From Chrysomallon squamiferum (Eukaryota > Animalia > Mollusca), in NCBI GenBank assembly GCA_012295275.1, contig CM022674.1, forward strand, positions 620,001 through 684,000: a stretch of 64,000 bases of DNA. Direction: 5' to 3'. Made by a program: the position numbers and the translations under genes. The notes below the pieces were generated by a model. That model did not search any database. It worked only from the letters and a program-made list of their open reading frames with translations, and was not told the origin of the DNA. Below are positions 51,576-64,000 of the stretch, one piece after another (within the stretch, counting starts at the first letter, position 1; each line of letters begins with the position of its first letter).

Positions 51576-54512
51576 TCACAAACTGAGAGATCGAGCTCCG
51601 TCGGAAGGAGCACAAACATAGAATGTGGCCTGGCCACTGTATTTCTCCTGAAAATAACAATAACAAATTTATCAAATTTAAACAGTAAATCATGCGATCA
51701 TCAGTTATCAAAAATGAGTAATACCAGCTTTGTATTACAAAACACACTTATTGTTATAATTAATTTCTTAAATTAAAATAAAGTAAAGTTTATATTTTTA
51801 CTGAAATCTTATAAATAAAATATTTTTCAAAAATTAAATTTCTTAACTAAATGAGTTAACTAATTAATTTTTAAAAAAATGTATATTTTTTTGTCTTACA
51901 AATAAAATATTTTTCATTAATTAAATTAAATTTCTCTACCTTCATATGGGCTATAGCCTTCTCTACTGAATCCTTCTTAACCAAGGTAACAGTGCACCCC
52001 CCAAAACCCCCACCAGTCATCCTTGATCCATACACGCCCTCCACCTCCTGGGCAGCATCTACAAGCACATCAAGCTCGAGACAGGAGACCTCGTAATCAT
52101 CTCTGTAATTAGAAAAATTAAAACATTTTTTACATTTATCAGCAATTGTGTATTTGAAGACATGTAAACCAGTGAACAAAATCATGAGAGAACAAGGATT
52201 TTGTTTTGCATTGTTGGGTTAAAACAAACACTGAAAATATAATGCTTGGTTTTAACTCTGCTTAAATACCTCAGTGATACGTGACTTTCTTTCATCAGTC
52301 GACCAAACGTTTTGTAGTCGTTGCATTCCAAAGCTTTCGTGGCCTCCACAGTTCGTCTGATTTCAGTGATAACGTGATGAATTCTTCTGTACATTTCAGC
52401 ATCCATTTCTGATTTAAATTCTGAATAGACCAACCAAGATTACAACATTTTAATTCAACTTTATTAAATCTGATTTTTTTAATCTGTAAGTAATATTAAA
52501 ATACAAAACATGTTGAACTTTTAGTTTCAAATTTGTTAGTAATGCTAAACTACATTTCATTTTTTTATCCATTATTTTTTAATTTATAAGAAACATAAAA
52601 CTGTAATTTATCATTTCCAAGATGTTAAAATTTGGTTTTGAATAATAATATAAAAAAAAAAAATAGAATAATAACACCATATTAAATTATTATTAATAAT
52701 AATAACTAAAATAATGTAAAATATTAATAATAAAAGAACAAAAACAATAAGAACACAGTTTTCAGTTAAAATAAAATGTCTGTGACGAACCTTCTAGATC
52801 TTTCTCTGTAGCATCACGTAAACTCTTCTTCTTCATCAGCTTGGCCGCCCACTCACACTGTCTCCGCCTGGTTGGGTACTCTGAGCCTGTCAGTTCATGC
52901 TTCACGTTCGAGTTGGTCACAAGAATAACAACACTGGGATCACTCATCGGAACCAGCCGTCCTTCCAACGATCTGACAACAAGACAAAAAAATAAAATAA
53001 AAATAAATAAAAAATATGTCTTACTTAACGACTCATTCAGAACATTAGATTTACAGTTATTATGATACCAGATACTTAATAACATGATATGATCATTAGG
53101 ATGAGATATATTCTGAATGCACCATACAAGAAACAGGATAGTACATACCATGTTCTTTTTACACGAGTTGTGGAAGGAACTACTAATTGAAAGAGAAAAC
53201 AATTAAAAGCACAAGTATTAGTGAATATTTTTTTTTATTACATTTATTTTCGATTCTGTTAAATTCATCTGTAATTTTTTTTAATAAATTTATAAAAAGT
53301 TAAATGCAAAAAAGAAGATGACTTTGACATATCTCAAACATCACAAATAAACTGAAGCTTACTGTTACTGATTTTTTTTTTTTTTTTACCTGCAGTCAAT
53401 CAATAAAGCATGCCCAGCTTTTCCCATTACAGCAATAAACTGATCCATGATGCCACACGGCATTCCTGGAAAGTCATGCTCTGCCTTCTGGCATGCCAAA
53501 ATCTTCTGCATCGGCTTCACGTCGGTGTTGTCATCAGCAATCTGATCCAGGAACATGTAAGTCGCAACTTCAATCGACGCAGAACTGGAAACGCCACCAC
53601 CTATAGGCACTGATGTTGTTATCACAGCATCAAAGGAAGGCACTTTACCTGAAGAAGAGAATTACATGGAACCTGAAGCTCAGTTGCCTGAAATATCACG
53701 GTTTGCAGGTTCAAACCTCTGTTGGGATACTGAATAAGCCAGGAAATACTTACAGAGAGTGGTATATATATATTACCTGTTCTATATCACTATGCAAATA
53801 AACCATACTTTTTTTTATACTTTCAGACACTAACTTTGCTATTAAAATAGACAGATAGAAAAAAAATGTACCAAAACAGAATATATCTGTTATGCAAAAA
53901 CAGAGATGAGTTTCATTGTACATTTATATATATATATATATATTTTTCCACAATCTAAACTATGCACATTTTTTTTATTATATATATATATTTGTTTTTT
54001 TACATACATTACTGGCCCTAAAATTCTTGGTTTCAGATTTTTACTACTGACAGAAAATAAATGTTTGAAGCTTTTCAGTAATTATATCAATAATATATAC
54101 TGAGAAATAAACATACCTATATATTTTGCCACTACCCCTTTGACATAATTTGCCCAGTGTGGTTTGCCTGGTTCTAAAGAAGAATTAGTTGATGGAGGTG
54201 GAAATTCAACTGTTTTTGGTTCATCCACAGTTCCAGCCAAAGTAGAAACTCGACATTTTCCACTATCTGTTTTTCTGCCTACAACTACTGTTACCATTGG
54301 CAGAGCCTGCAAAATAAATAAATAAATAAATGATGATTATGAAATAAATGTTTATTAATATTATTAATAATTTTCTTTTTCCTTTTTGTATGTTTTGTTC
54401 TTTTTTAGTTTATTGTTGTTGTTGTTTTTTTTTTTTTTTGTTTGTTTTTTAACCATTTGCTTTTAAAGAATGGTATATTCTAATATTAGTTATTATGTGT
54501 ATTAAATTCTTC

Positions 54513-54562
<50 letters not shown>

Positions 54563-55174
54563 TTTGACTATGACTATGAATATGTGGCTACCTTTGTGTT
54601 TATAAATTTGTCATAATTACGTTTTTCTTGTGCGTGAACTAATATATTCATGTTATAAATCATAACACTACTGCCAATCGATATACGACTGAAAGATACG
54701 GGCTTGACCTGGTTCACATGTATTTGATGAATTAAAAAGTATCGTCATCAAGTATGTCGTAAGACCGAATATCCTCTGGCGCAGAAAAGCACACTTTTGT
54801 ATCCTATTTCTCCAGGAAAGTCCGTCTGGACTGTTATAAGCCATAGGATACCCGGGCTAGAAAGTCATACGCCCATGATAAAAAAATTAATTATTAAGTT
54901 AAATATTTAATAATAATAATATGATATTAATATTTATTATATAATAATTAATTATATAAATTACATTTATGATTTACACGAAAAGTCGGAAAACGCGATA
55001 CCATCCACTCACCATAGGAAACACAAAACCCTCATTGTAATCAGTATGTTCTCCAATAAGATTCACTCGTCCAGGTGCACATGCTGCCACTTGAGGATCG
55101 CTTCCAAATTTGTCTTTGAATGCCACCTTTGCTTCACGTAAAAGAGAATCTACGGCAGGAATAGCAGTAGCCAT
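51576..55174 (-). CDS. GALK1: Galactokinase
   Basis: Seven exons: 55174-55013, 54306-54117, 53648-53390, 52972-52791, 52420-52270, 52102-51940, 51647-51576. Signatures [67 protein letters not shown]. Confidence 0.97.
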
Positions 55175-55591
55175 GTTCGATGTTGTCTGTTTACTAACAG
55201 CTTGATAACATTTGTTGTAAATTCCTCCTTTTTGTGAAAAAAACATCATGTTTTGAACCCGGGCCAAACTCCAAAAGATTATTATGCAAGTTCATACACG
55301 CACACTCATATACAGATTCTACACAGCATGTCTTTATAAGGTTGAATTGTACGTGTCTGTGAGATGGATAGAAAGATAGAGAGAGAAAAAGTAAATTAAA
55401 TGGTCTGTAACCGTGATGAATTTTCCAAAATTGTTTTCCTTTTTAAAATGTTTTAAAATAAATAATGAAAAACTAATGAAAGTGAACAAAACATATTTGA
55501 AAAAGAAAATATATAGAATTATAAAATATATTTAGAGTGATTTTTCTGAAAAGTAAAGATATAATATGTACGTGAAGAAAGATATAGCCTT

Positions 55592-55638
<47 letters not shown>

Positions 55639-55990
55639 TAGAAAAAATATTTGAGAGAAAAAGTCATTAAAAATGTTATAAAACCAAAACAAATAAATAA
55701 AAACGTAGAAAAATGTCATGAAAGAATGTTTAACAGTGGGATAGCCGATTCATTTGAATACGAAACAACAACGTAAGGAGAGAAAAATATTTATTAGGCT
55801 TGAGATAAAGAAAAGTAGAACTATACAATCAGTTATTAATCTCTAATTTTATAATAAATGAGCATATACCAAAACTATAAAAAGAAGTTGAAAAATACAT
55901 GTATAAAAAGCATAAAAAGATACAATAAAATAATTAGATAATAAGCATAAAATTCATACATTTATATATAGAGACAGAGAGACAGAAAAG

Positions 55991-56059
<69 letters not shown>

Positions 56060-56113
56060 AGTTGCACTAAAGTTTCGAACTGTTATTACAATTTATCACC
56101 AAATAATAAAAGT

Positions 56114-56148
<35 letters not shown>

Positions 56149-56190
56149 TTATTATTATTATTTTTATTTTAATTTTGATACTGATTATTT

Positions 56191-56733
56191 TTATATTGAT
56201 TCTATATTGTCCGAAGGTAATTTTGGCATTATCATAGTTTTACATCTATCGAAACAAACACGACCTTCGCTTTTTAGATGCTCCTTAGTATCGCTCGGAG
56301 CATGCGCTTCGTAATCATTCAAGGACTGAGCAATGAAAATCGTGTTCATTATTTTCGCCTTCAGCTTTTGTTTGGCGGCAAAATCGCGAACGTGCTTCAG
56401 TTCTTTGCAGACGAAATCGGCAAAAAGTGTATCTTCGGAGTTTTTCTGCTCCCACTGTTTCTGGATTGAGGAGACCACGTCGAGGAGAACGTCGTTTTGA
56501 GTTTTTCTCCGTTTTCTGAATGACACTTGCTCTTCTGAAGCTCTTCTTTTCCATTCTTTCTGATTAGCTGCTTGAGAAGGACCTTCCCCGACGTCGCCAG
56601 CTGGCAGCACTGTCGTGCAAGCCATATCCAATGTCTGAAAAAAAAAAAAAAAAAATAATAATAATAATATAAAACAAATAAATAAATAAATAAATAAATA
56701 ATAATAATAAATATATAAATAAATAACTAAATA

Positions 56734-56794
<61 letters not shown>

Positions 56795-58048
56795 GAATAA
56801 TTAATTAAGCAACTAAAAAAGGGAGACAATTCTTGAAATGACTACTATAATAAACTGCCAGTATACACGAACTTTAACCTGCTAGGGAAAAAAAAAAAAA
56901 AAAATTGTTTTTGAAACTTTTTATAGTATAATGTATTGTTCTCTCTGTAACACAGCGGCTTCAAATAAAAAATATGGTTATTTATTTTTTTATTTTTTTA
57001 TTTACTCATTTATTATTATTATTATTACTATTATTATTTGTTTGCTTGTTTGTAGAGAGAGAGATAATGGATGTTGTATGTATACTGACAATTGTTTTTT
57101 TTTTTTTTTTTTTTAAATGAAAAAAATAGAATATTAATAACAATGAAAAAGTCATAGAAGGATATTAAAAACATTCAGGCTTACAAATAATTACTCTTTT
57201 TGAAATGAGGCAAAAATCTTAATCACCGAGCGGAGCAGGGCGGGGCAAAACAGATTTGGGCGAGGCTGTCTAAGGTCCCGAGAAGCTCCGACTTGAAAGA
57301 CGCAAAATCTTTTATAAACCATTTATATTCTAAATTTTAAAAATAAAATCTCTGTGTTAAAGAAAAAAAAAAAAAAATCGTTAATTTCGATATGATGCAT
57401 TTGCCTCTTTGCCACAGTGTAGTTACGACCTTGGAATATACTACATTGAGTTGAGTTACGTTGCCATTCACACAATATATGCAGGGTGGGCCTGATTGAC
57501 TAAACAGCGAAATAATTAGAACATCTCCGTATTCACAAGCTTCTAATTAAGCGTGCGACATGTTTGACGTGGAATAAATGTTTTAATTAAAAAGAACAAA
57601 CTATAAAACAAAACAAAAAAACACCAACAACAACAAAACACACAATACACACAAAAAATAAATCGAAACGAAACAAAAAAAAAAAAAAAATATATATATA
57701 TATAAAACAAGACAAATTTGCATTAGTATTATATGTCTATGTCAACACAATTACGGTGAAAACACTGTATTTTTGATAGTGACGTCATAATAGGTTGTCT
57801 TGGTTCAGTATGCACAAGGTTTAAATATGACTTTGGCAGGGTATTTCACTTATTTATGTTTTTATTTTATTTTAAGGTATACTTCGATATATTTCTATTT
57901 AGAGAAATAATTAAACATGCAGTCGATTCCGGGGAGAAGACATGAGCATGAAAAGATGAGGTAGTGAAGATGGTTTATTTCAGTTTCAAATTTTTTTAAT
58001 AGAATGTATGCTTTAATACATATATGTATATATTTACAAATACACATA

Positions 58049-58123
<75 letters not shown>

Positions 58124-58344
58124 CTCACACACACACACACACTTTTTTAACAAATAGTTTTGTTGCTCTATATGAAAGTACACGTATATAGGTGAAACGA
58201 TTATATCTGTATATTTAAGTTAACCTAGTGGCGAATAATCGTTATAATTCTAGTCCGACTGATTTTTATGAAAACAGCGCGAGATAATTTAATAATAATA
58301 ATATATAAAATCTGAATTCGTAACCGACATTAGCAGAAGAAATG

Positions 58345-58382
<38 letters not shown>

Positions 58383-58811
58383 GATTAGTGAGAACCTAAG
58401 CAATCTAGATATTAAATTAGTTTAAAGATATTAGGGTTTTTTGGGGGGGTTAATTTTTTGTTTCTTTTTGTTTATTGTTTTTTAGTTTTATTGTGTGTAT
58501 GTGTGTGTGTATGTGTGTGTGTTTGTGTGTTATTTTATTATTTTTGTAACAGTAGGAACTATTTCAATATAGACAAGCTGATCGGAGTACTCTCCCTTAC
58601 TTGGGAATTTACCGTAGCCACTTCGGTTTCTTCGCTGGACAAGTCTTGGTGTATAATTGTCCCGGTCAGGTCTGAATCCACACTCGCTTTCTCCACCCCA
58701 GAGCCTATTGTGTCTAGCATGTGTGTGCAGGAGTAACTTCCCTTTAAAATCAGAATTTTAGAATTCCGTCGAAAAAATTTACCTGCAAAGAAAATGGCAT
58801 TGTTGTTATTC

Positions 58812-58860
<49 letters not shown>

Positions 58861-59196
58861 GACAAAATTATTTTGATTTTTATTATTTGCTATTGTTGTT
58901 ATCATTATTATGAAAAATCAGCAGCATCATCAGTAGTAGTAATAGTAGTAGTAATAGTAATAATTACCCGTTCGTATCTTAGGCGTTTTAACTGTGTCGT
59001 ATGCAATATCGGAACTTTCTGCCTCGTTTAGTTTGATCTGAACCTCCAGTGTCTCTGGAGCACGAATGTTAGTCCTCAGTTCCCCTACTGTGAGTTGAAC
59101 ATCCGTGTTGTCTTTGGTTGATGATGTATCGGGATCTGGGCTTTCGTTTTGCAGGTATAGTTCCTTCTCGGTTTCCTCTTTAATATCAATGGACAT
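56191..59196 (-). CDS. Uncharacterised nuclear-type protein with a C-terminal BESS-like motif, ~284 aa
   Basis: Phase-compatible exons 59196-58968, 58782-58601, 56634-56191. Basic NLS-like KRR...RKRRK, then SEDTLFADFVCKELKHVRDFAAKQKLKAKIMNTIFIAQ, which resembles the BESS motif. The start codon is uncertain. Confidence 0.65.
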
Positions 59197-60463
59197 CTTG
59201 AAAGCACTTTTGATACGCTTCCTGGGTGTTTGGAACACTGAATGTTCTCGAAAATCGCATCTGACTGTGATATCTTCGCGCAGGTTGCCACGGTAACATT
59301 TCTAGATCGGAGGAGACGATGCATTTCCGGTTTTCCTGGACTGACCACTAGAAAATTTATTATTAGACTTTTATATATAATTATTAAGATGATTTTTTGA
59401 ATGTATGTATCTATATGTGTTTATACTCAAACCAAATTTAATAAGTTATTTTCTTTGTTTGGATTCCCCCCTTCGGCCCTCCTCTGCACACCACAGACAC
59501 ACAATTCTTCCAAATCCATGCCAATATTTCTACAGACTCCATGTCGCTCAAGGTAAAGCGCATTCGTATCGAACAGAATGTACGTGTTTTGGAATCAACA
59601 CTCCGAGCTTGAATCTAAGAACATTTTACCCATTCCGACCAATGCTGCATATTTATCGTGTCACATAAGTGACTAATCGGTAAATATAATTTACTAGGAA
59701 ACTGACGCCGTTCTGCATATAAAAAGATCTCTTGTGAAAAAAAAAATAAAATAAAATAAAATTAATTAATTAAAAATAATAAATTAAAAATAATAAATTA
59801 AAAATAATAATAATAATAAAAAAAAAATAATAATAATCCACACACAAATCAAAACCCTTCTATATAATCATTTATTCAATAATTTTATATAATTTATTAT
59901 TTTAGTTTAGTTTAGTTTATTTATTTTATTTCATTCTTTTTTTTTTATCATACATCATTCTTTCAATGTAAAGATTTATAATTTAATTCTTGTACGATAT
60001 CATATCTATCTTATATGTAACGCATTAACTGCTCATAATGTGTTCCGCATTTAAGTGAACACATACTAGAGTTGGGTTTTTAAGCACTGGTACTCTTCAA
60101 AAACAGCGTATCGAAGAAAATGAGCAGTTTAGCATACCTTGTTTCTAAACAAATGTAAATAATATGATCATGTTTATATTATTAATAAATCGGTTCATTG
60201 TAGTATCGGAAATAATTTAGTATGCTTTTTATCGTGTATGTAAGTATTATTTATATGAGTGTTTATATTTTAATGTTTTACGTGGACTCTATTAAACACA
60301 TAACGCTTTTTATGAGCATATATCCTATTTCCGACCTAGTCGGACGAAGTCGATCATGGATCAGGCCTTTTCATTTTATTTATTTATTTATTAATTGTCG
60401 TTTTTGAGTTTGAGTTAACTCAGTAAAATTATAAAGCAAATATGTTGTAACTCAAAAATCACA

Positions 60464-60511
<48 letters not shown>

Positions 60512-60536
60512 CAATATATGTAATTAATTAATTAAT

Positions 60537-60574
<38 letters not shown>

Positions 60575-60582
60575 CGAAAATT

Positions 60583-60663
<81 letters not shown>

Positions 60664-60763
60664 AAAATAGATTATATTCATGTCATATAATATAATAATT
60701 ACAACAGATGTGATATACTGATATTTAATATTAAGTATTTTCAGATGACAGTTGGAAATAACA

Positions 60764-63110
60764 ATGTCAGGAAACCTTGCTGTGGTTGGTTTTGAAGGCG
60801 AACTTAATTCTATTGTTAGAGAGGTAATTAAAAATGTTTATTTATTTTCATAATATTTTATTTTATTTATAATAATATTAACAAATATATAAGCAAAAAC
60901 TGATAATTTATTTCATGATTCACAGTCAAAATGTGATAGTTTGAATTTGAATGGGTCAGAAAAACAATACAAGTATCAGGGTGTTCAGTTTTGAAATTCA
61001 AATATTTACCACAATTCCCATTAAAAGAAACATGCTTTCACATATTTTGTTAACTATGTAGATAACAAAATGAGTAAGATCAAATGAATTTGACATAATA
61101 TATATATAGTATATGCATTGTGTGTGTGCACATATATATATATATGCAAATGTATTTATATATTTATATATTAATAATTTTGCAAGAACATATACATACA
61201 TTACTGGAAACATAAGTTTAAACACAGAACTAGAAATAAACTCCAGATTTATGTAAAATATGTATAATTCCTTTAGCTGACATTCAAGTTGCAAACAGCA
61301 AGTGTGACAGGATGCATTCATTTGTAAACTAAAACAGTTTATTGTGTTAGTAAGACAGGACTGTCTGCAGGTTCTGCATCATGCAGAGAGACAAGATGAC
61401 TTAGACAGGCTGTGTTTTGTTCCGCTTAATCAATAACACATTGTTTTCTAGTTAACAAATTAGGATAGTGTCACCATTCCATCACTTCAAGCTTTCTACT
61501 AACTCACTTTCAGTTGATATTGCAAAACAACTTTGATAATTATATAATACAATTATATGGACAGAAAGCTGTTTGTGTGTGTATATACAGACATATACAT
61601 ACACACACATACACACACACACACATAACACAAATGGTATATCAGAATTACAGTTTATATTAATTAAATACACAATGTATTACAAACACCAGTGACAAAT
61701 AACAAATGTTTATTGTGTTTATTTAAAATAATAATAGTAATAATAATTAATAAACAAACAAACAAACAAACAATCAAAAATAAATAAATCATATAAATAA
61801 ATAAGTTTATTAAAAAAAAAAAATCCTTTTCCAGCAAATATTTAGTAAATGACCAACTGAGTAAGGTGACATCACTTCTGAAATGGACACCAAAGTTCAA
61901 TCTGATCATTGCATAATATACTGCTGGTATAAATACTGCTTGCTTAGTTTTTGATCTCAGCAATTTTTTTTTTAATTTGCAGTATTTGAGCTTCAGCACT
62001 TTCAACAGAACGTGTGAAGTGTTTGAGAAAGAATGCAGCGAGAAAGGAAAACCCATTTCTCCAACAATCCACAGAGCTCCAACGAATCAAAAACTTTTGT
62101 CAGTTCAGGTATGTTATCTTTTTCACAGTGTACTTCTCGAGATGTGAGGAACTGATGTAAACCTTTCTGTATTCTTCCTAATTATGTTTCTTTGTTTGTT
62201 TGTTTTGTTTTCTTTCTGCTGTCATATTTTTAATTAATAATGAAGTTTAGCAGCAGCAGCAGAGTAAATTTTTTAAAAATATCAGTAGTTGTGATGTCAC
62301 AATTCTGTATTTGTGATGTAATGATTCTGTAGTTGTCATGTCACAATTATGTACTTGTGATGTCACAATTCTGTGATGTCATCATGTACATGATGGCTCT
62401 GTTTCCTCTAAACTGCTTCTGTTGTCAGAAAAATACAGTGATCTGCTTACTAAGTGTATCATGATGTCATGACTATCAATTGTAAAGGGGTGAAATTATA
62501 CATAAATACAAGCAAACATACATATGTATATATGTATGTTTGCTTGTATTTATGTATAATTACATATGTATGTACATGCACACACACACATTCTTACATA
62601 CACGTATATACATACATATACATACACACACACACATATATATATATTATTAGTTAGCTATTATCTGTATGACTAATTACCTGTAGTTATTTGACCTAAA
62701 TGTAAGTTCTGTGTTACCATGACTACAGCACTATTCTTTCTAACTATGTCTACAACAGTTTGCTTTCCATCCTGAATTGAAATTAAACTGTGATGTTGTT
62801 CACTATTTGATCAGCTATTTGATTTGTGTTTTTGTCTTTTAGTAAGTATTTTTGAAATTATGAACTGTAGGTTGAATTGTAATTATTCAATTTGTTTTTC
62901 TTTCTTCTCCAAAATATGGGTGTATGTGTGTATGTGTGTTTCTGTTTGTATAAATTTTCATTTTGTTGAATAATCTGTGACATCGTGTGTTTGTGTGAAT
63001 GTGTATGCATTATGTGTGCTTCTGTATGTGTGTATATGATTAGTATGTTATGTCACTATATTGCTTAGTGTGTGTGTATAAAAATTATACTCTATGTTTC
63101 TCTACATGCA

Positions 63111-63142
<32 letters not shown>

Positions 63143-63695
63143 CAATTATATATATAAAGTATTATCTACAATTTAAAATAAAACTTGTAATTTTTTTTGA
63201 ATACAATTAAATTAATATAAGGCTTTAGTATATCAGTCATATTGTTTATTATGTATGTATCTGTATGTGTGTGTGTCTGTGGTAATTTGTGTTTCTGTGT
63301 ATATTTGCTTTATAATTAAATTTATGGATATTCAACAAAATTTATGTTACTTGATTGTGTTAGAGAATAAATATTATCATACTGATTTCTCATTTTTCAA
63401 TAACATTCTTTTTTTATTATTATTATTATTATTGTTATTATTATTATATATTTCATTATTATTATTATTGTTATTATTATATATTTCATTATTATTAATT
63501 TTATTTCATTTAATTTTTTTATTTCAGAATGAAATGCTACAGAATTACAGATCTGGAAGTCGACAACCCTTTTTTAATCTGTGGAATGAACATTTGCCTT
63601 TGTCTATTCGAAATGATGATTCTGTAGCACAAAAACTGGAATTTTATCTTCACATCTACTTCGCAATCTACCCCATCAAACATGGACACCCTCGT
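60764..63695 (+). CDS. ARMC9: LisH domain-containing protein ARMC9, first three coding exons (gene continues beyond the window)
   Basis: Exons 60764-60823 (MSGNLAVVGFEGELNSIVRE), 61983-62108 (YLSFSTFNRTCEVFEKECSEKGKP...), 63528-63695 (...FFNLWNEHLPLSIRNDDSVAQKLEFYLHIYFAIYPIK). These match the ARMC9 N-terminus (LisH plus AQKLEFYLHIxFAIY). Confidence 0.92.
62288..62382. repeat. Short imperfect tandem repeat (~22 bp) in an ARMC9 intron
   Basis: ttgtgatgtcacaattctgta-like unit repeated 4-5 times. Confidence 0.7.
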
Positions 63696-63798
63696 GTATG
63701 TATTATACCTGATCTCAGAATGTCATTTTCAACTATTAAATATTAGTTGATTGTTTTTAATCTAATATGTAGTTTCTGTTGTTGTTATTGTTCTATGA

Positions 63799-63847
<49 letters not shown>

Positions 63848-64000
63848 GTTGATGTTATTAATTATTTATTTATTTAGTTGTTTAATTATTTTTTATTATC
63901 ATCAGCTCATCATCATAATCATTGTTATTGTTGTTGTTTGTTGTTTATAAAGTGATTAATTTTTAACTATTTATAATAGTGTGTGTGTTTGTGTGTGCCA

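Noticed and set aside
57225-57310. GC-rich patch in a BESS-gene intron resembling a short interspersed repeat
   Set aside because: Too short and degenerate to classify from the sequence alone.

Overview
AT-rich, microsatellite-dense eukaryotic DNA with GT-AG spliced genes. It is an invertebrate animal; the protein style suggests a mollusc or other lophotrochozoan, but the species cannot be determined from this window. Left end: a decayed PARP14-like mono-ADP-ribosyltransferase pseudogene (~2.0-6.5 kb). Middle (7.6-31 kb): an island of predicted secreted proteins that the ORF track does not show intact. It holds a three-exon knottin (C-C-CC-C-C) prepropeptide on the minus strand, a possible dead second knottin exon in its first intron, a ~122-bp element present twice in inverted orientation, and two convergent paralogous genes. 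Each paralogue encodes a signal peptide, a poly-His block, Cys-cluster/Gly-Ser repeats and a conserved C-terminal tail. One copy is intact (415 aa); the other has a single frameshift. Right half: a conserved block of DDX19/DBP5 (-), RPL22 (+, with a Tigger transposon relic in intron 1), GALK1 (-), a BESS-motif gene (-) and the 5' part of ARMC9 (+). The best candidate for an undescribed system is the His/Cys-rich secreted pair (putative metal-binding, disulfide-crosslinked structural proteins) with the neighbouring knottin. All gene models were spliced by eye and no database searches were run.
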